Source: a bacterium
GTDB lineage: Bacteria; Bdellovibrionota_C; UBA2361; CALJRW01
DNA length: 46,205 nucleotides
NCBI GenBank assembly: GCA_031385045.1
Contig: JANNBC010000049.1
Span: 1-46,205 of the forward strand
Reading direction: 5' to 3'
Part shown: in pieces, positions 10,868-21,126 of the stretch
How positions within the stretch are numbered: the first letter of the stretch is position 1
How the letters are laid out: each line of letters begins with the position of its first letter
Position numbers and translations under genes: made by a program
Notes under the pieces: generated by a model
Databases searched by the model: none
Told to the model about the DNA's origin: nothing
The model's input: only the letters and a program-made list of their open reading frames with translations

Positions 10868-12757
10868 CTAATTTGTCTCATTAATTGTACTGGCAGAAAC
10901 TACGCTATTTGTATTTCCATTCTGTGTTCCGGGAATTTCTTTTCTAACTGGTGGAGTTAAATCAATTTCTTCACCAAGGACAATTTTCTTAATCTCTTCA
11001 GCATTTAAAGTTTCCTTAACAATCACAGCCTGAGCCATGGCATGAAGAGCTGCAACGTTATTTTTAATAACATTCTCGGCACGAGCTTTTGCATCCATTA
11101 GAATTCTTTCGACTTCTTGATCAATCTCAATCTGAATTTGCTCGGAGTGTTCTCGCCCCTTCCCAATATCTCGTCCTAAAAATACTTGATCATCACCAGC
11201 AGAATAATGAATTGGTCCAACTTTATCACTCATTCCCCACTCAGTTACCATCCGACGAGCAATCTTTGTAGCTCTTTGAATATCATTACTAGCACCAGTA
11301 TTTAGTTCATGAAAAATTATTTCCTCGGCTACTCGACCACCATAGAAGACTGCTAATTGATCTAACCAGTAAGCCCGAGAATATGTGTGTTTGTCATCTT
11401 CTGGTAACTGTTGCATTAAACCAAGTGCCATCCCACGTGGGATAATTGTTAACTTATGGACAGGATCGGCATGTTCTAACTTAGAAGCAACTAAAGCATG
11501 ACCAGCCTCATGATAAGCAGTAGTTTCTTTCTCCTTATCACTTAGAATCATCGATCGGCGCTCGGCACCCATCATTACTTTATCTTTAGCAAATTCAAAA
11601 TCTTCTTTTTCAATTTTATCTTTACCATAACGAGCTGCGTTTAGTGCCGCCTCATTAACTAAGATTTCTAATTCAGCACCAGAAAATCCTGGAGTTCCTC
11701 TAGCAACCGTTTTTAAATCAACATCACTTGATACTGGCTTGTTCTTAGTATGAACCTCCAAAATCCCCTTACGTCCATTAAGATCTGGCGCTGGAACAAT
11801 GACTCGTCGGTCGAAACGACCAGGTCTTAGCAAAGCGGGATCTAGCACATCGGGACGGTTAGTGGCTGCGATTAAAATCACACCCTCATTTGATTCAAAT
11901 CCGTCCATCTCAACTAGCAACTGATTTAATGTTTGCTCTCGCTCATCATGACCACCACCCATACCAGCTCCACGATGTCTACCGACTGCATCAATCTCAT
12001 CAATAAAAATTATACAAGGAGCATTTTTTTTACCCTGAACGAATAAATCACGAACACGAGAAGCACCAACTCCGACAAACATCTCAACGAAATCAGAACC
12101 AGAGATACTAAAGAATGGAACTCCCGCTTCACCAGCAATCGCCTTAGCTAATAAGGTTTTCCCAGTACCTGGAGCACCAGCTAATAATACTCCCTTTGGA
12201 ATACGTCCACCAAGTCTAGTAAACTTTTTAGGATCCTTTAAAAAATCAACGATCTCCACTAGCTCTCCACGAGCCTCATCAACACCAGCGACGTCTTTAA
12301 AGGTTACTTTATGTTGAGACTCAGTTAGTAATTTAGCTTTAGATTTCCCAAAGCTCATCCCCTTACCAGTACCCGAGGACATCTGGCGCATGAAGAAAAC
12401 CCAAAGACCGACAAGGATTAGTACAGGTAAAATATTTACCAACAACAAAAGAAACCAAGACTGCCCCTCATCTTTCTTAACATTAATCTCCACCTTGGCA
12501 GCAGTCAATTCTTTAACTAAATCTGGATACTCTGGAGCAATAACTAAAAAACTTTCTTCGGTTTTGTCATATTTACCTTTAATTTCCCTGCCCTGAATTG
12601 TAACTGCAGTTACTGTACCAGCGGCGACATCAGACATGAACTTAGAATATGGAATTTCGACGGATTGTCTTTTAGCATCATTAACAACACTCCAGAGGGT
12701 CATGAAAAGGACCCCTAAAATCAACCAGAACATTAAACTACGAGAAAATTGATTCAT
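10868..12757 (-). CDS. ftsH: ATP-dependent zinc metalloprotease
   Basis: Two TM segments, [43 protein letters not shown]. Confidence 0.99.
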   Translation of the reverse strand: MNQFSRSLMFWLILGVLFMTLWSVVNDAKRQSVEIPYSKFMSDVAAGTVTAVTIQGREIKGKYDKTEESFLVIAPEYPDLVKELTAAKVEINVKKDEGQSWFLLLLVNILPVLILVGLWVFFMRQMSSGTGKGMSFGKSKAKLLTESQHKVTFKDVAGVDEARGELVEIVDFLKDPKKFTRLGGRIPKGVLLAGAPGTGKTLLAKAIAGEAGVPFFSISGSDFVEMFVGVGASRVRDLFVQGKKNAPCIIFIDEIDAVGRHRGAGMGGGHDEREQTLNQLLVEMDGFESNEGVILIAATNRPDVLDPALLRPGRFDRRVIVPAPDLNGRKGILEVHTKNKPVSSDVDLKTVARGTPGFSGAELEILVNEAALNAARYGKDKIEKEDFEFAKDKVMMGAERRSMILSDKEKETTAYHEAGHALVASKLEHADPVHKLTIIPRGMALGLMQQLPEDDKHTYSRAYWLDQLAVFYGGRVAEEIIFHELNTGASNDIQRATKIARRMVTEWGMSDKVGPIHYSAGDDQVFLGRDIGKGREHSEQIQIEIDQEVERILMDAKARAENVIKNNVAALHAMAQAVIVKETLNAEEIKKIVLGEEIDLTPPVRKEIPGTQNGNTNSVVSASTINETN

Positions 12758-12956
12758 AACAATATATAATTAAATATTTAAGGATAAAACTTTATAAAAA
12801 TTCATTGGATGGGATCTTTAATTGGACGAGACTAAAACCTGAAAACAGCTTAAGTTTGAGAGACGACCATTGCTTTAAAAAGCGCTAGTTTTACCTAACT
12901 AAGTTAGCATTATTTTCCTATTCAGCAAAGCCTCTGGAAACAAGATCTATTAGGTA

Positions 12957-13913
12957 TTAGGATTTAATCTTATCAAGTGAAAACTTACCCTTACTTCGCG
13001 AAAATCGATAACCACCAGGGATTTCACAGGCCAAAGTCTGGTGACTTAAGACCTCTGCAATCCGCCGGCAAGCTCGGTATCCAACTCGAAAACCTACCTC
13101 CAAGAGAATTAACTCCTCTATGACTCGCCAAGCCAGAGAATATTCATCTTCTAATTTACCACGAAGCTGTTGAAGTAAATCCAACCTTGCCTCCCTAGAA
13201 CTTAGATTGGCATTATTCTTATTTAAAAAATCTGTAATCAGATAGTTAAAGTAAGCACTATCTTGATTAATTTTTTGGGATTGCTCTTCGATAACTATTC
13301 GGACTCCAGTTCCAAAAGTTTCCTCTAAATGTGGCAAAAGGTGGTTGCGGACCTTGTTCCGTAGAAATGCATCTGACGAATTACTTGCATCTTCCACATA
13401 GGAAAGCTTCATTTCGGCACAGTAATCTCGTAAGTCATCTTTTTTAAAGTTAACCAATGGACGAATCAGCTTTCGCTTCCAATCTTTTGCTGATATTAAA
13501 TTTAACTCTCGATTAGAAAAAAACTTCATTAGTAATGTTTCTGCTTGATCGTCCGCAGTATGCGCGGTTAAAATCCAATCAGCACTCACTTCCTTCATTA
13601 ACTCGGCGAAGAACTCATACCGCACGGCTCTGCCCCAGGACTCAATATTATTTGTCGGTGGATTACTTAATTGCTTTAGAAAAAAAGGTAACTGATATTT
13701 TTCCGCTAAGGATTTCACAAAATTAGCATCACTTGAAGAGTCTATCCTAAGAGCATGATCAACATGTGCCACTAGTAGCTGATATTCTTGTTTCACATTT
13801 AAGCGGACTAAGAGATCAAGCAGAACAGTACTATCTAACCCACCTGAGACGGCAACAATTAATTTGCAACCCTTGGGAACAATTTCTGCAACTTGTTCTA
13901 GCAATTGGCGCAA
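12957..13913 (-). CDS. tilS: tRNA(Ile)-lysidine synthase (short form)
   Basis: AVSGGLDS, HVDHALR, R..RYEFF, AHTADDQAET, IRPL, EDASN, RNKVR; upstream of ftsH. Confidence 0.93.
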   Translation of the reverse strand: MRQLLEQVAEIVPKGCKLIVAVSGGLDSTVLLDLLVRLNVKQEYQLLVAHVDHALRIDSSSDANFVKSLAEKYQLPFFLKQLSNPPTNNIESWGRAVRYEFFAELMKEVSADWILTAHTADDQAETLLMKFFSNRELNLISAKDWKRKLIRPLVNFKKDDLRDYCAEMKLSYVEDASNSSDAFLRNKVRNHLLPHLEETFGTGVRIVIEEQSQKINQDSAYFNYLITDFLNKNNANLSSREARLDLLQQLRGKLEDEYSLAWRVIEELILLEVGFRVGYRACRRIAEVLSHQTLACEIPGGYRFSRSKGKFSLDKIKS

Positions 13914-13916
13914 AGT

Positions 13917-14330
13917 TTAAGATCCTTTATTACGAAAACTATCAATACTAAAAGCTCCCGGACCTGAACAGAGTAGTGCTAAACAAGACGCTAACCAAAC
14001 AATATCTTTGTTAAAGGGTAAAATTTGATCTGGATAAATTCCAAAAGCATAAATGAAAGAACCTAGTAACAAGATTCCACCAATTGCTGCTAATGAAGTT
14101 AAAAATCCTAGCGCTAACATAATGCCAACAATAATCTCTAGGTATGGCAAACTTAACCCATAGAGCTGTGCTAAATGATCATTCACAATATCGAAATAGC
14201 GAATCGCCTCTACCAAACCAGCAGGATCTTGCAATAAGAGACGACCTGATAAAAAGAAATAAATTCCAATAGGAATTCGAATGATAGTTCCTGTTAAGGA
14301 GGGAGAGAAAAAAGGTTTATCAAGATTCAT
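13917..14330 (-). CDS. DoxX/MauE-family membrane protein
   Basis: Four TM segments, LPYLEIIVG.ML.LG, KD, GPGAFSID; start set at ATG 14330. Confidence 0.8.
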   Translation of the reverse strand: MNLDKPFFSPSLTGTIIRIPIGIYFFLSGRLLLQDPAGLVEAIRYFDIVNDHLAQLYGLSLPYLEIIVGIMLALGFLTSLAAIGGILLLGSFIYAFGIYPDQILPFNKDIVWLASCLALLCSGPGAFSIDSFRNKGS

Positions 14331-14409
14331 TTTATACACTACAAAATTTAAATGATGGTCTTTGATGCACGCCAAAAGTTTGAATGAAGAGTTACTATAA
14401 AGTTAAAAT

Positions 14410-15366
14410 TTACTGATAACAAGCAAATTTCTCAATTAAATCAATAAAATCTTGTGGTAAATCTGTCTTTAAAGACTGCAAAAGTCCAGTTCGCGGATGA
14501 ATGAACTCTAATTCTTTAGCATGCAATGCTTGTCTTCCAAAAAGCTTGCTCCTTACTGCTAAATCTTTAGGCAATAAACTAAAATCTCCATATGTCTGAT
14601 CTCCAATAATTGGAGATCCCAGATGATTTAGGTGAACTCGAATTTGGTGCGTCCGTCCAGTTTCTAATCTCATTTCCATTAAGTAAGCATAAGAAAATTT
14701 CCGCAAAACTTTCCAATTAGTAATAGCTGTTCGGCCTTGATTGGCAACTACTGCCATTGTTAACTTATTTTGTGGACTACGAGCAATCATTGTTTCGATG
14801 CGCCCCTCGTCAACTTTTTGAATTTCTCTATTAGATCTTGGAGTGACCAAAACCAAAGCCTGGTAGACCCTCTTTACTTGTCGACTAGCAAATTGTTGCA
14901 CAAGCTTGGCACGAGACTCTTCATTTTTAGCAACCAAAATTAATCCAGTAGTATCTTTATCTAAACGATGCGCTAAAAAAATTGGGGACTCTGAACCCAG
15001 ATAACTAGCCAAGGCATTTAATAATGTGCGATTTGGGTTACCAGCACCTGGATGGACTGTCAGATCTGATGATTTATTAATCACAATTAAATCTTCATCC
15101 TCAAAAACGATATCTAATGGATAATCATAAGGAACAATCTCCTTGATCTGACCAAAGCTACTGAGATCCAGTTCAATCAAGTCATTAACCTTAAGTAAGG
15201 CTCCAGCCTTATTAATTATTTGTTTATTAATTAAGACACCTTGATCTTTAATAATGTTCTTAAGTTGCGATCTACTTAAAAACTTATACTCCTCTAAATG
15301 TTCTAATTTTTGAATTAAAAAAGTATCTAATCTTTGACGATCGGTATAGTTAACGAACTGAAGCAT
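14410..15366 (-). CDS. rluD: RluA/RluD-family pseudouridine synthase with S4 domain
   Basis: RLDTFL S4 domain, VHPGAG, HRLDKDTTG, LETGRTHQIRVH, GDQTYG, RQALHA. Confidence 0.9.
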   Translation of the reverse strand: MLQFVNYTDRQRLDTFLIQKLEHLEEYKFLSRSQLKNIIKDQGVLINKQIINKAGALLKVNDLIELDLSSFGQIKEIVPYDYPLDIVFEDEDLIVINKSSDLTVHPGAGNPNRTLLNALASYLGSESPIFLAHRLDKDTTGLILVAKNEESRAKLVQQFASRQVKRVYQALVLVTPRSNREIQKVDEGRIETMIARSPQNKLTMAVVANQGRTAITNWKVLRKFSYAYLMEMRLETGRTHQIRVHLNHLGSPIIGDQTYGDFSLLPKDLAVRSKLFGRQALHAKELEFIHPRTGLLQSLKTDLPQDFIDLIEKFACYQ

Positions 15367-15471
15367 TATATATCTTTAAAGATTAGAATTTGGAATTAAG
15401 CTAGCTCAGTATTATTAGATTTTAAATTACTGTTGTCAAAACTATGATTTATCAGAGCTCTGAATAGATAC

Positions 15472-15732
15472 CTATGGTTCGGTACTCACTGTTTCTATCC
15501 GACTAATAATCAATTCTAAGGCGGGAAGAAGTTCTTTCGGAACAGTTTGATCCACTGGAAGCATTTCTAGAATTTCTACTAACTGGGGATTTGTTATAAT
15601 TGGAATATTATATTTCTTAGCTAACTGAATTACTAACTCAACATTCTCTTGGTAAGCTTTGAGGCTTAGTGCATAACCAGTGGCTAGATCAACTTCAACA
15701 AGGCCAATTGCAAAACGTTTTTGGTTTGACAT
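15472..15732 (-). CDS. Stand-alone FlhB/SctU C-terminal (CC) domain protein
   Basis: FAIGL..., LAKKYNIPIITNPQLVEIL...VDQTVPKELLPAL..II matches the FlhB_C pattern AVAL...A....IP..EN..L...L......IP.EL..AV. Confidence 0.75.
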   Translation of the reverse strand: MSNQKRFAIGLVEVDLATGYALSLKAYQENVELVIQLAKKYNIPIITNPQLVEILEMLPVDQTVPKELLPALELIISRIETVSTEP

Positions 15733-15762
15733 TCACTAGTTTTTTAATTCTGAAAGCCTAGT

Positions 15763-18700
15763 TCAAGTTTCGTCATCTTCTTCGGAGCGAGAGATAACAA
15801 CTTGATCAATTAAACTACTATTCGAAGTATTTTCTGAAAAGTTGACTATTGTTTTATGAAAATCAATTAAACTGAAGGGCTTATCGAGGTAGGATAAATT
15901 ATCAAAGAAACGTAATGAAGCATCCCATTGCTGTCGATTGCTAGTGGTTAAGATAAATTTAATATTATTAAAGCGATCTCGAATAATATTTAAGAAGTCG
16001 ATAATGTCAGTCCCCTGCTGATCCAGATCCATCATTAAATATTGTGGATTAAAATTTGCTTTGGCCAAGTAAGTAATCATTTGACCACGATTATTTAGTT
16101 GAAAAACTTTAAAATTTTGCTGTTCAATTGCCTGCAAGATACGTTCTTCTAGCTTTTCTGTGCCAGAGATAATTACAAACGACTGCTTAAATTCCTCAGC
16201 AGGCCCTTCAATTGTTTTAAAACTTATTTTATCTTTATTGTAGTGTGGCAAATAAATACTGAAGATACTGCCTTGATTTAAATGGCTACTAGTAACGATC
16301 ACACCACCATGACCACGAACTATACTATAAGAGTTGGAAAGACCTAGACCACTAGCTGAGTAACTAACACCACTACCCTGATCACGATTCTTAGTTGTAT
16401 AAAAAGGTTCAAAGCAATGCTTTAGTTGTTCCTGATCCATCCCTAGACCATCATCAATCACATCTACTTGATAATATTTACCAGGCGGAAGTTCCGCGGA
16501 AACTTCATGACTAAATACTCTACGACTTGAGATTCGAATTAATATTTCTCCACCAATAGATTTCTCCATTGATTCCGCAGAGTTTTTAATTAAATTACTA
16601 AGCACACCTAATAATTTTTGCTGGTCAGCAAAAATTAAGGCCTGCGAAACTTCTTTAACTAAACGAATCTGAACTTGTTCCTGATAATATTCCTTCTGTT
16701 TTAAAATTTCATTTTCAAAAACAGAAACTAAATCTACAACGTCCGAATTTAAATTTTCAATTTCACGTAAATAAGACATTTGCTTAATTAGATCTGCTCC
16801 TTTACTAGCATAGCTACAAATATCTTGAAGTGGCTTCTTATAAGGAGAATCATCGGTAAACTTAGTCTCCAAAATTGAAGCCTGTCCCATAATTGCTTGA
16901 AGTAAATTATTAAAATTATGAGCGACGCCAGCCGCAAGCAAACTAACCGTTTTCATCTTATCAGAATTGGCAATCTGTAATTCAAAACGACGAGTTAAGA
17001 GAGCTGAGGCAACTTCATTAGAAATACTTGTTAAGAGTGACATGTTGGCTAACATGCGCTCGCGACTATTCAAATTTGGTTCAATAGCTATCAAACCTAC
17101 TACCTGGCCAATACTTACCAAAGGCAGAATGAGTACACAGGCAGGTTTTAGAATATCCATAATTCTGTTAATCCCAGAACACTCTGCTCGATCATGACGA
17201 TCCAGTAGCATCGGGCGCTTTTCTGCCAATGCTTGATCCATGAAATCATGTCTTAATGCCAACTCAATTTGAATCTCATTAATGTTTTGACGCATTCCTG
17301 GACCTTTGCCATAAATCCCTTGAATATGACTACCACTATTATTCATCACACCAAACCAGATTCTTTTAACAGCAAATAATTGTTCGACTACAGCGCATGA
17401 GTTTTGACCAATCTCTAAGTGAGTCAAAGATTTGGTTAATGATTTACTAAGTAAGAAAAGTGTATTTACAGAATCAGCTTGTTTTTTTTCAGCTAATAAA
17501 TACTCTGCATTATAAGTTAGCTTGGCAATTTGACTAGCAACGGTATCTAGCAACTCCAAATCTTCATTACTATAATGATAGGATTTTTTAGAAGCTAAAA
17601 AGAAAGCACCAACAATTGAGGGATTATTACCGAGATCATTAACAATCAAGGGCATCGCAATCATTGAGCCATAAATTGGAGCTAAACATTGCAGGGCGTA
17701 ACCTTCAGCCTCTTTCGCAAAATCTTGTAATACTAATCCATATTTATTGTGACAAACAATATCCACAAGATTGCCTTCTTGTCCTAAGTAACCCCACATC
17801 CCTGCAAAGTTAGGCTCAGGGACACCACGTATCGCTAGAAGATCAAATTTATCTTCAACACCGACTCCAAACCAAATCCCGCCCGCATCTGAGTTAGTTG
17901 CTGAGATTAAAGAATCTAAGGCCAGATTGGCAATTTGCTTTGGTTCTGTGGAGTTCTGAACACAACTAAGGATCTGATACAGTGTGTTATATCTTTTTGT
18001 TTGCGCTTCTAGTTTTAATTCGTAGTTTTTTTTATCAGTAATATCTAATCCAAAACCTTCCCAGCCAACAAGCTCTTGATTTTCAAAAATTGGCACTGCT
18101 GAAAACAGAATATAACATGTCTTTTTTGTTGAATAGTTCTGAAAAGAAATTTCTTTTGTAAAACTTCGGGGCTTTTTTATTAATCGATAAAAAGCCTTAC
18201 GTAAGGATCCATCCTGATTCTCAGAAAGGATATCTAGCCAAAGATTAGGGTTCTCTTCCAGCTGATGATTCTTTAATCCAAGAATTTTTTCAGTATCACC
18301 CAAAATTTCTGTAACATTCAAATTTAGATCACTGCGCAAGAAAAAAAGATTTCCTTTCTCTAGAATCCTCATGGAACGCAGTTGAGAGTTATTTAAATTG
18401 CCTCCACCAATCGTAATCGCAGATTGATCCTGAATGAATAGAATCGCCCGATTAAAGTTTTGGCTACTAGCTTCCAGTTGTAATAAATAAATTTTCTCAT
18501 CTTCCGTAACGGCGTGATGCCCTTTAGCTTGAGACTCTAAAAACTGCCTTGTTCCACGCAAGACTTCACTAATTAAAGGCCAAAGTTGTTTAGCAGAAGT
18601 TGACCCAAGCAGTTGTTCAATAAAGTTATGAATATCTGTTCCGATGATATGACTTGTTTTGAAACCAGTGACTTGTTCTAAGCCTGAGCTAATATAGGCA

Positions 18701-18831
18701 ATCTGTCCATTTCGAAGGATCTCGACAATCACCCCCCGGGAATTAGTATCATCTATCTCCTCAGCTAACAGGTCACTCGCTAAATTTTCAGCAGCTGTAA
18801 TGATATGAGTTTTTTTATCTTCTTCAGTCAA
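15763..18831 (-). CDS. Cytoplasmic hybrid sensor kinase (PAS-PAS-GAF-GAF-HisKA-HATPase-REC)
   Basis: PAS-like YISSGLEQVTGF; GAF-like segments; H-box AAGVAHNFNNLL; NLIKNS, DDGLGM, FEPFYTTK, GLGLS; C-terminal REC (MMDL, KPF). Confidence 0.9.
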   Translation of the reverse strand: MTEEDKKTHIITAAENLASDLLAEEIDDTNSRGVIVEILRNGQIAYISSGLEQVTGFKTSHIIGTDIHNFIEQLLGSTSAKQLWPLISEVLRGTRQFLESQAKGHHAVTEDEKIYLLQLEASSQNFNRAILFIQDQSAITIGGGNLNNSQLRSMRILEKGNLFFLRSDLNLNVTEILGDTEKILGLKNHQLEENPNLWLDILSENQDGSLRKAFYRLIKKPRSFTKEISFQNYSTKKTCYILFSAVPIFENQELVGWEGFGLDITDKKNYELKLEAQTKRYNTLYQILSCVQNSTEPKQIANLALDSLISATNSDAGGIWFGVGVEDKFDLLAIRGVPEPNFAGMWGYLGQEGNLVDIVCHNKYGLVLQDFAKEAEGYALQCLAPIYGSMIAMPLIVNDLGNNPSIVGAFFLASKKSYHYSNEDLELLDTVASQIAKLTYNAEYLLAEKKQADSVNTLFLLSKSLTKSLTHLEIGQNSCAVVEQLFAVKRIWFGVMNNSGSHIQGIYGKGPGMRQNINEIQIELALRHDFMDQALAEKRPMLLDRHDRAECSGINRIMDILKPACVLILPLVSIGQVVGLIAIEPNLNSRERMLANMSLLTSISNEVASALLTRRFELQIANSDKMKTVSLLAAGVAHNFNNLLQAIMGQASILETKFTDDSPYKKPLQDICSYASKGADLIKQMSYLREIENLNSDVVDLVSVFENEILKQKEYYQEQVQIRLVKEVSQALIFADQQKLLGVLSNLIKNSAESMEKSIGGEILIRISSRRVFSHEVSAELPPGKYYQVDVIDDGLGMDQEQLKHCFEPFYTTKNRDQGSGVSYSASGLGLSNSYSIVRGHGGVIVTSSHLNQGSIFSIYLPHYNKDKISFKTIEGPAEEFKQSFVIISGTEKLEERILQAIEQQNFKVFQLNNRGQMITYLAKANFNPQYLMMDLDQQGTDIIDFLNIIRDRFNNIKFILTTSNRQQWDASLRFFDNLSYLDKPFSLIDFHKTIVNFSENTSNSSLIDQVVISRSEEDDET

Positions 18832-18833
18832 GA

Positions 18834-19571
18834 TTAATATTTATTGATAAAAATTACCTTAGAACGCCGAACTTTTACTTCCATACTATCTAAAAGTAAA
18901 AGTCGATATTCTGCCTGAAGCCGACTAGCAATAAGTGGATCGCTTTGTTCTTCTCTAGATTCATTTTTAACTTCCTCTGAATCCATAGACAGGGCAGTTA
19001 ATAAAGCTTTTTTTCGAAGCAGGAGTTCCAAGCCAAAAGCTAAAAAAATTAATAAAGATACCTGACCCATCAAATCATCAAAATCAATAAAAGTTTGCGC
19101 CACAGACTGATTCCAGTTAATCGGGATTACAATGGCAAATAAAATTAGCAAAGAAATAACTAAAATTAATTTCAATATTTCTTGTTTACCAGCAGTGACC
19201 CTAGCTCTCAAGTTATCTAAAGGATTAATTTTTCGCAGATCAAATAGTTTTTCTCTGATGGAGAATTGAAACCGACGTAAAAATAAATCAATTAAAACCA
19301 AAAAAATACTAGCAACTAGCATGGAACTAAATAATATTTGAAAAGATACCAAAATAATTCTTAAGAGCTCCTGAACATGCGGTGCTCCCAAGTTCCCTAG
19401 AATGGATTTTAACAAGATTTCAATCGTTACCCAATAGTGATTAAATTGGAGAAAAAGTAGATAGCCACTTAAAAGCAACAATAAGAGTCCTCGAGTTGTA
19501 AAATAATGTAAAAATTGACCATTTATACTGGCTTTCCTGAGCTTCTTACTACTTGCTGGGTGTTGTTTCAA
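18834..19571 (-). CDS. sctU: SctU/FlhB export-switch protein, N-terminal part only (TM plus CN)
   Basis: Start KQHPASSKKLRKAS..GQ; KINPL..L; MDSEEVKNE.REEQSDPLI; ends VRRSKVIFINKY* at the NPTH position. Confidence 0.8.
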   Translation of the reverse strand: MKQHPASSKKLRKASINGQFLHYFTTRGLLLLLLSGYLLFLQFNHYWVTIEILLKSILGNLGAPHVQELLRIILVSFQILFSSMLVASIFLVLIDLFLRRFQFSIREKLFDLRKINPLDNLRARVTAGKQEILKLILVISLLILFAIVIPINWNQSVAQTFIDFDDLMGQVSLLIFLAFGLELLLRKKALLTALSMDSEEVKNESREEQSDPLIASRLQAEYRLLLLDSMEVKVRRSKVIFINKY

Positions 19572-20230
19572 TGGAATACTCCCGATGTGATAAGTAGTAA
19601 AACAATCATTTTAATAAAAAAGATCTCACTAAAAAATGAGCACTGCGGGTATAATTTATTAACAAACATAAAAAATAGCTGGATCATCAAAAAGCAAAGA
19701 GCAATCGGAAAAATTAATTTAAAACCTAACTCTAAACTTTGAAGACACAAAGTTATACCCTCTTGCGCCAGTGCTTCCCAATTAGCAATCCTAGTCAGAC
19801 TAAGGACTATTTCTTGAATTAATTTTAATAAAAAATCTTGCTCTAGAAACATAACAAATAAAATAATTCGAACACCTTGCGCCAGTTGCTGACTAGAAAC
19901 AAAGTCATCTGAGCCAAAAAAGACGGCATAGTTCATACCTCGCAGGTTTTCTGTAACTTCAAAGAGAATGAGCAAGCTCCAAAACGAGAATAACAGAGTA
20001 AAACTGATTATTATTCCAATAATAAAATTGAGTCCTAAATTTAATTCTAACTGTGACAAATCAAAATTATTACCTAATAGATATCCACAAATGATCAGTG
20101 CAATCACACCTCTTCCCAAGAGACCTGAGACATTTAAGTTGTAAGGTAAGAGGATTAATGCACCCAAGACCCGAAAGTATACTGCTCCAAATTCTGGCAA
20201 CAAGCTTGCTAACAAATTAATTTCCCCCAA
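19568..20230 (-). CDS. sctT: SctT/FliR export-gate protein (divergent, short)
   Basis: Hydrophobic; FRV.G...LLP, IIG, K.YPQ...F; position between sctS and sctU. Confidence 0.7.
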   Translation of the reverse strand: MGEINLLASLLPEFGAVYFRVLGALILLPYNLNVSGLLGRGVIALIICGYLLGNNFDLSQLELNLGLNFIIGIIISFTLLFSFWSLLILFEVTENLRGMNYAVFFGSDDFVSSQQLAQGVRIILFVMFLEQDFLLKLIQEIVLSLTRIANWEALAQEGITLCLQSLELGFKLIFPIALCFLMIQLFFMFVNKLYPQCSFFSEIFFIKMIVLLLITSGVFH

Positions 20231-20477
20231 TTATAATTATCTGTTCCAAGCAAGATTGAATAAAATTAATAAAGTTTAAATTCCAACTTGGGAAAAAAAC
20301 TAGAATTGCAATTGCAGCAACTGTTATCTTAATCAAATAAAGTAAAGTCTGTTCCTGAACTTGAAATAACGAGAAGATAAAATTAAATGCAAAACTGATA
20401 ATGGCCACGAATCCTAATGGCCAAATCAATCCCCAAAGTAAAAGGTTAATTGTTTGACCAAGCAGATTAGTAAACAT
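20217..20477 (-). CDS. sctS: SctS/FliQ export-gate protein
   Basis: 86 aa, two TM segments, QVQEQTL..LIK motif. Confidence 0.85.
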   Translation of the reverse strand: MFTNLLGQTINLLLWGLIWPLGFVAIISFAFNFIFSLFQVQEQTLLYLIKITVAAIAILVFFPSWNLNFINFIQSCLEQIIIIGGN

Positions 20478-20478
20478 T

Positions 20479-21126
20479 TTAGTCGTAGGATAAAATAAGT
20501 GACTTAATAATTAGTTGCCAAAAATCAAGTCCGACAATTAAAATTATTTTTAAGGGCAAGGAAAGTAAGACTGGACTAAACATCATCATCCCTAGCCCCG
20601 CAAGTAAATTAGCGATTAAGAAATCAATAATTAAAAATGGTAACAGTACCATTAGTCCCATTTGGAAGGCCTCCTTTAATTCACTTAATAAGAAAGCTGT
20701 TAATGTTGTTGCAAAATTATTTTTGGTTTCATCCGTCTCCCTTTGGCTCTTAGCTAATAAACTTGCTAGAAAATGAAGTTCTTCTTCTCCCGCATGCTGG
20801 CTAATAAACTCTTTCCAGGGCTGAGTGATTAGTGCTGATTTATTGATTAATTCCGACAAGGATAGTTTTTCTAATTTAGTATTTAGTAGATCGCTAGACT
20901 GTAAATAGCTACTTGTCTGATCCCAAACTGGCTCCATCACCATTAGGCTAATAGCCAAAGAGAGGATTCCAATAATAATTCCAGATGGCACCTGTTGAGC
21001 ACCAATCGCATTTTTAAAAAGATTTAATACAATATTAATTTTTAAATAGGCAGTTCCAATAACAACTAAAAAAGGAAGGAGCGCTAGTGCTAGAGAAATC
21101 AGCAATAGATTAAAATTATTGTTCAT
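20479..21126 (-). CDS. sctR: SctR/FliP export-gate protein
   Basis: LALLPF...T...KI.IVL...NAIG.QQVP; AFLLSELKEAFQMG; LPFLIID; LGMMM.SP..SLPLK; no FliP-type signal peptide. Confidence 0.92.
   Translation of the reverse strand: MNNNFNLLLISLALALLPFLVVIGTAYLKINIVLNLFKNAIGAQQVPSGIIIGILSLAISLMVMEPVWDQTSSYLQSSDLLNTKLEKLSLSELINKSALITQPWKEFISQHAGEEELHFLASLLAKSQRETDETKNNFATTLTAFLLSELKEAFQMGLMVLLPFLIIDFLIANLLAGLGMMMFSPVLLSLPLKIILIVGLDFWQLIIKSLILSYD

Noticed and set aside
12758..12956. ncRNA or riboswitch in the tilS-ftsH spacer
   Set aside because: No convincing stem set or recognisable family motif.
18834..21126. Calling these flagellar fliP/fliQ/fliR/flhB
   Set aside because: No FliP signal peptide, an SctI-like gene upstream and no flagellar genes nearby; non-flagellar is favoured, though only phylogeny can settle it.
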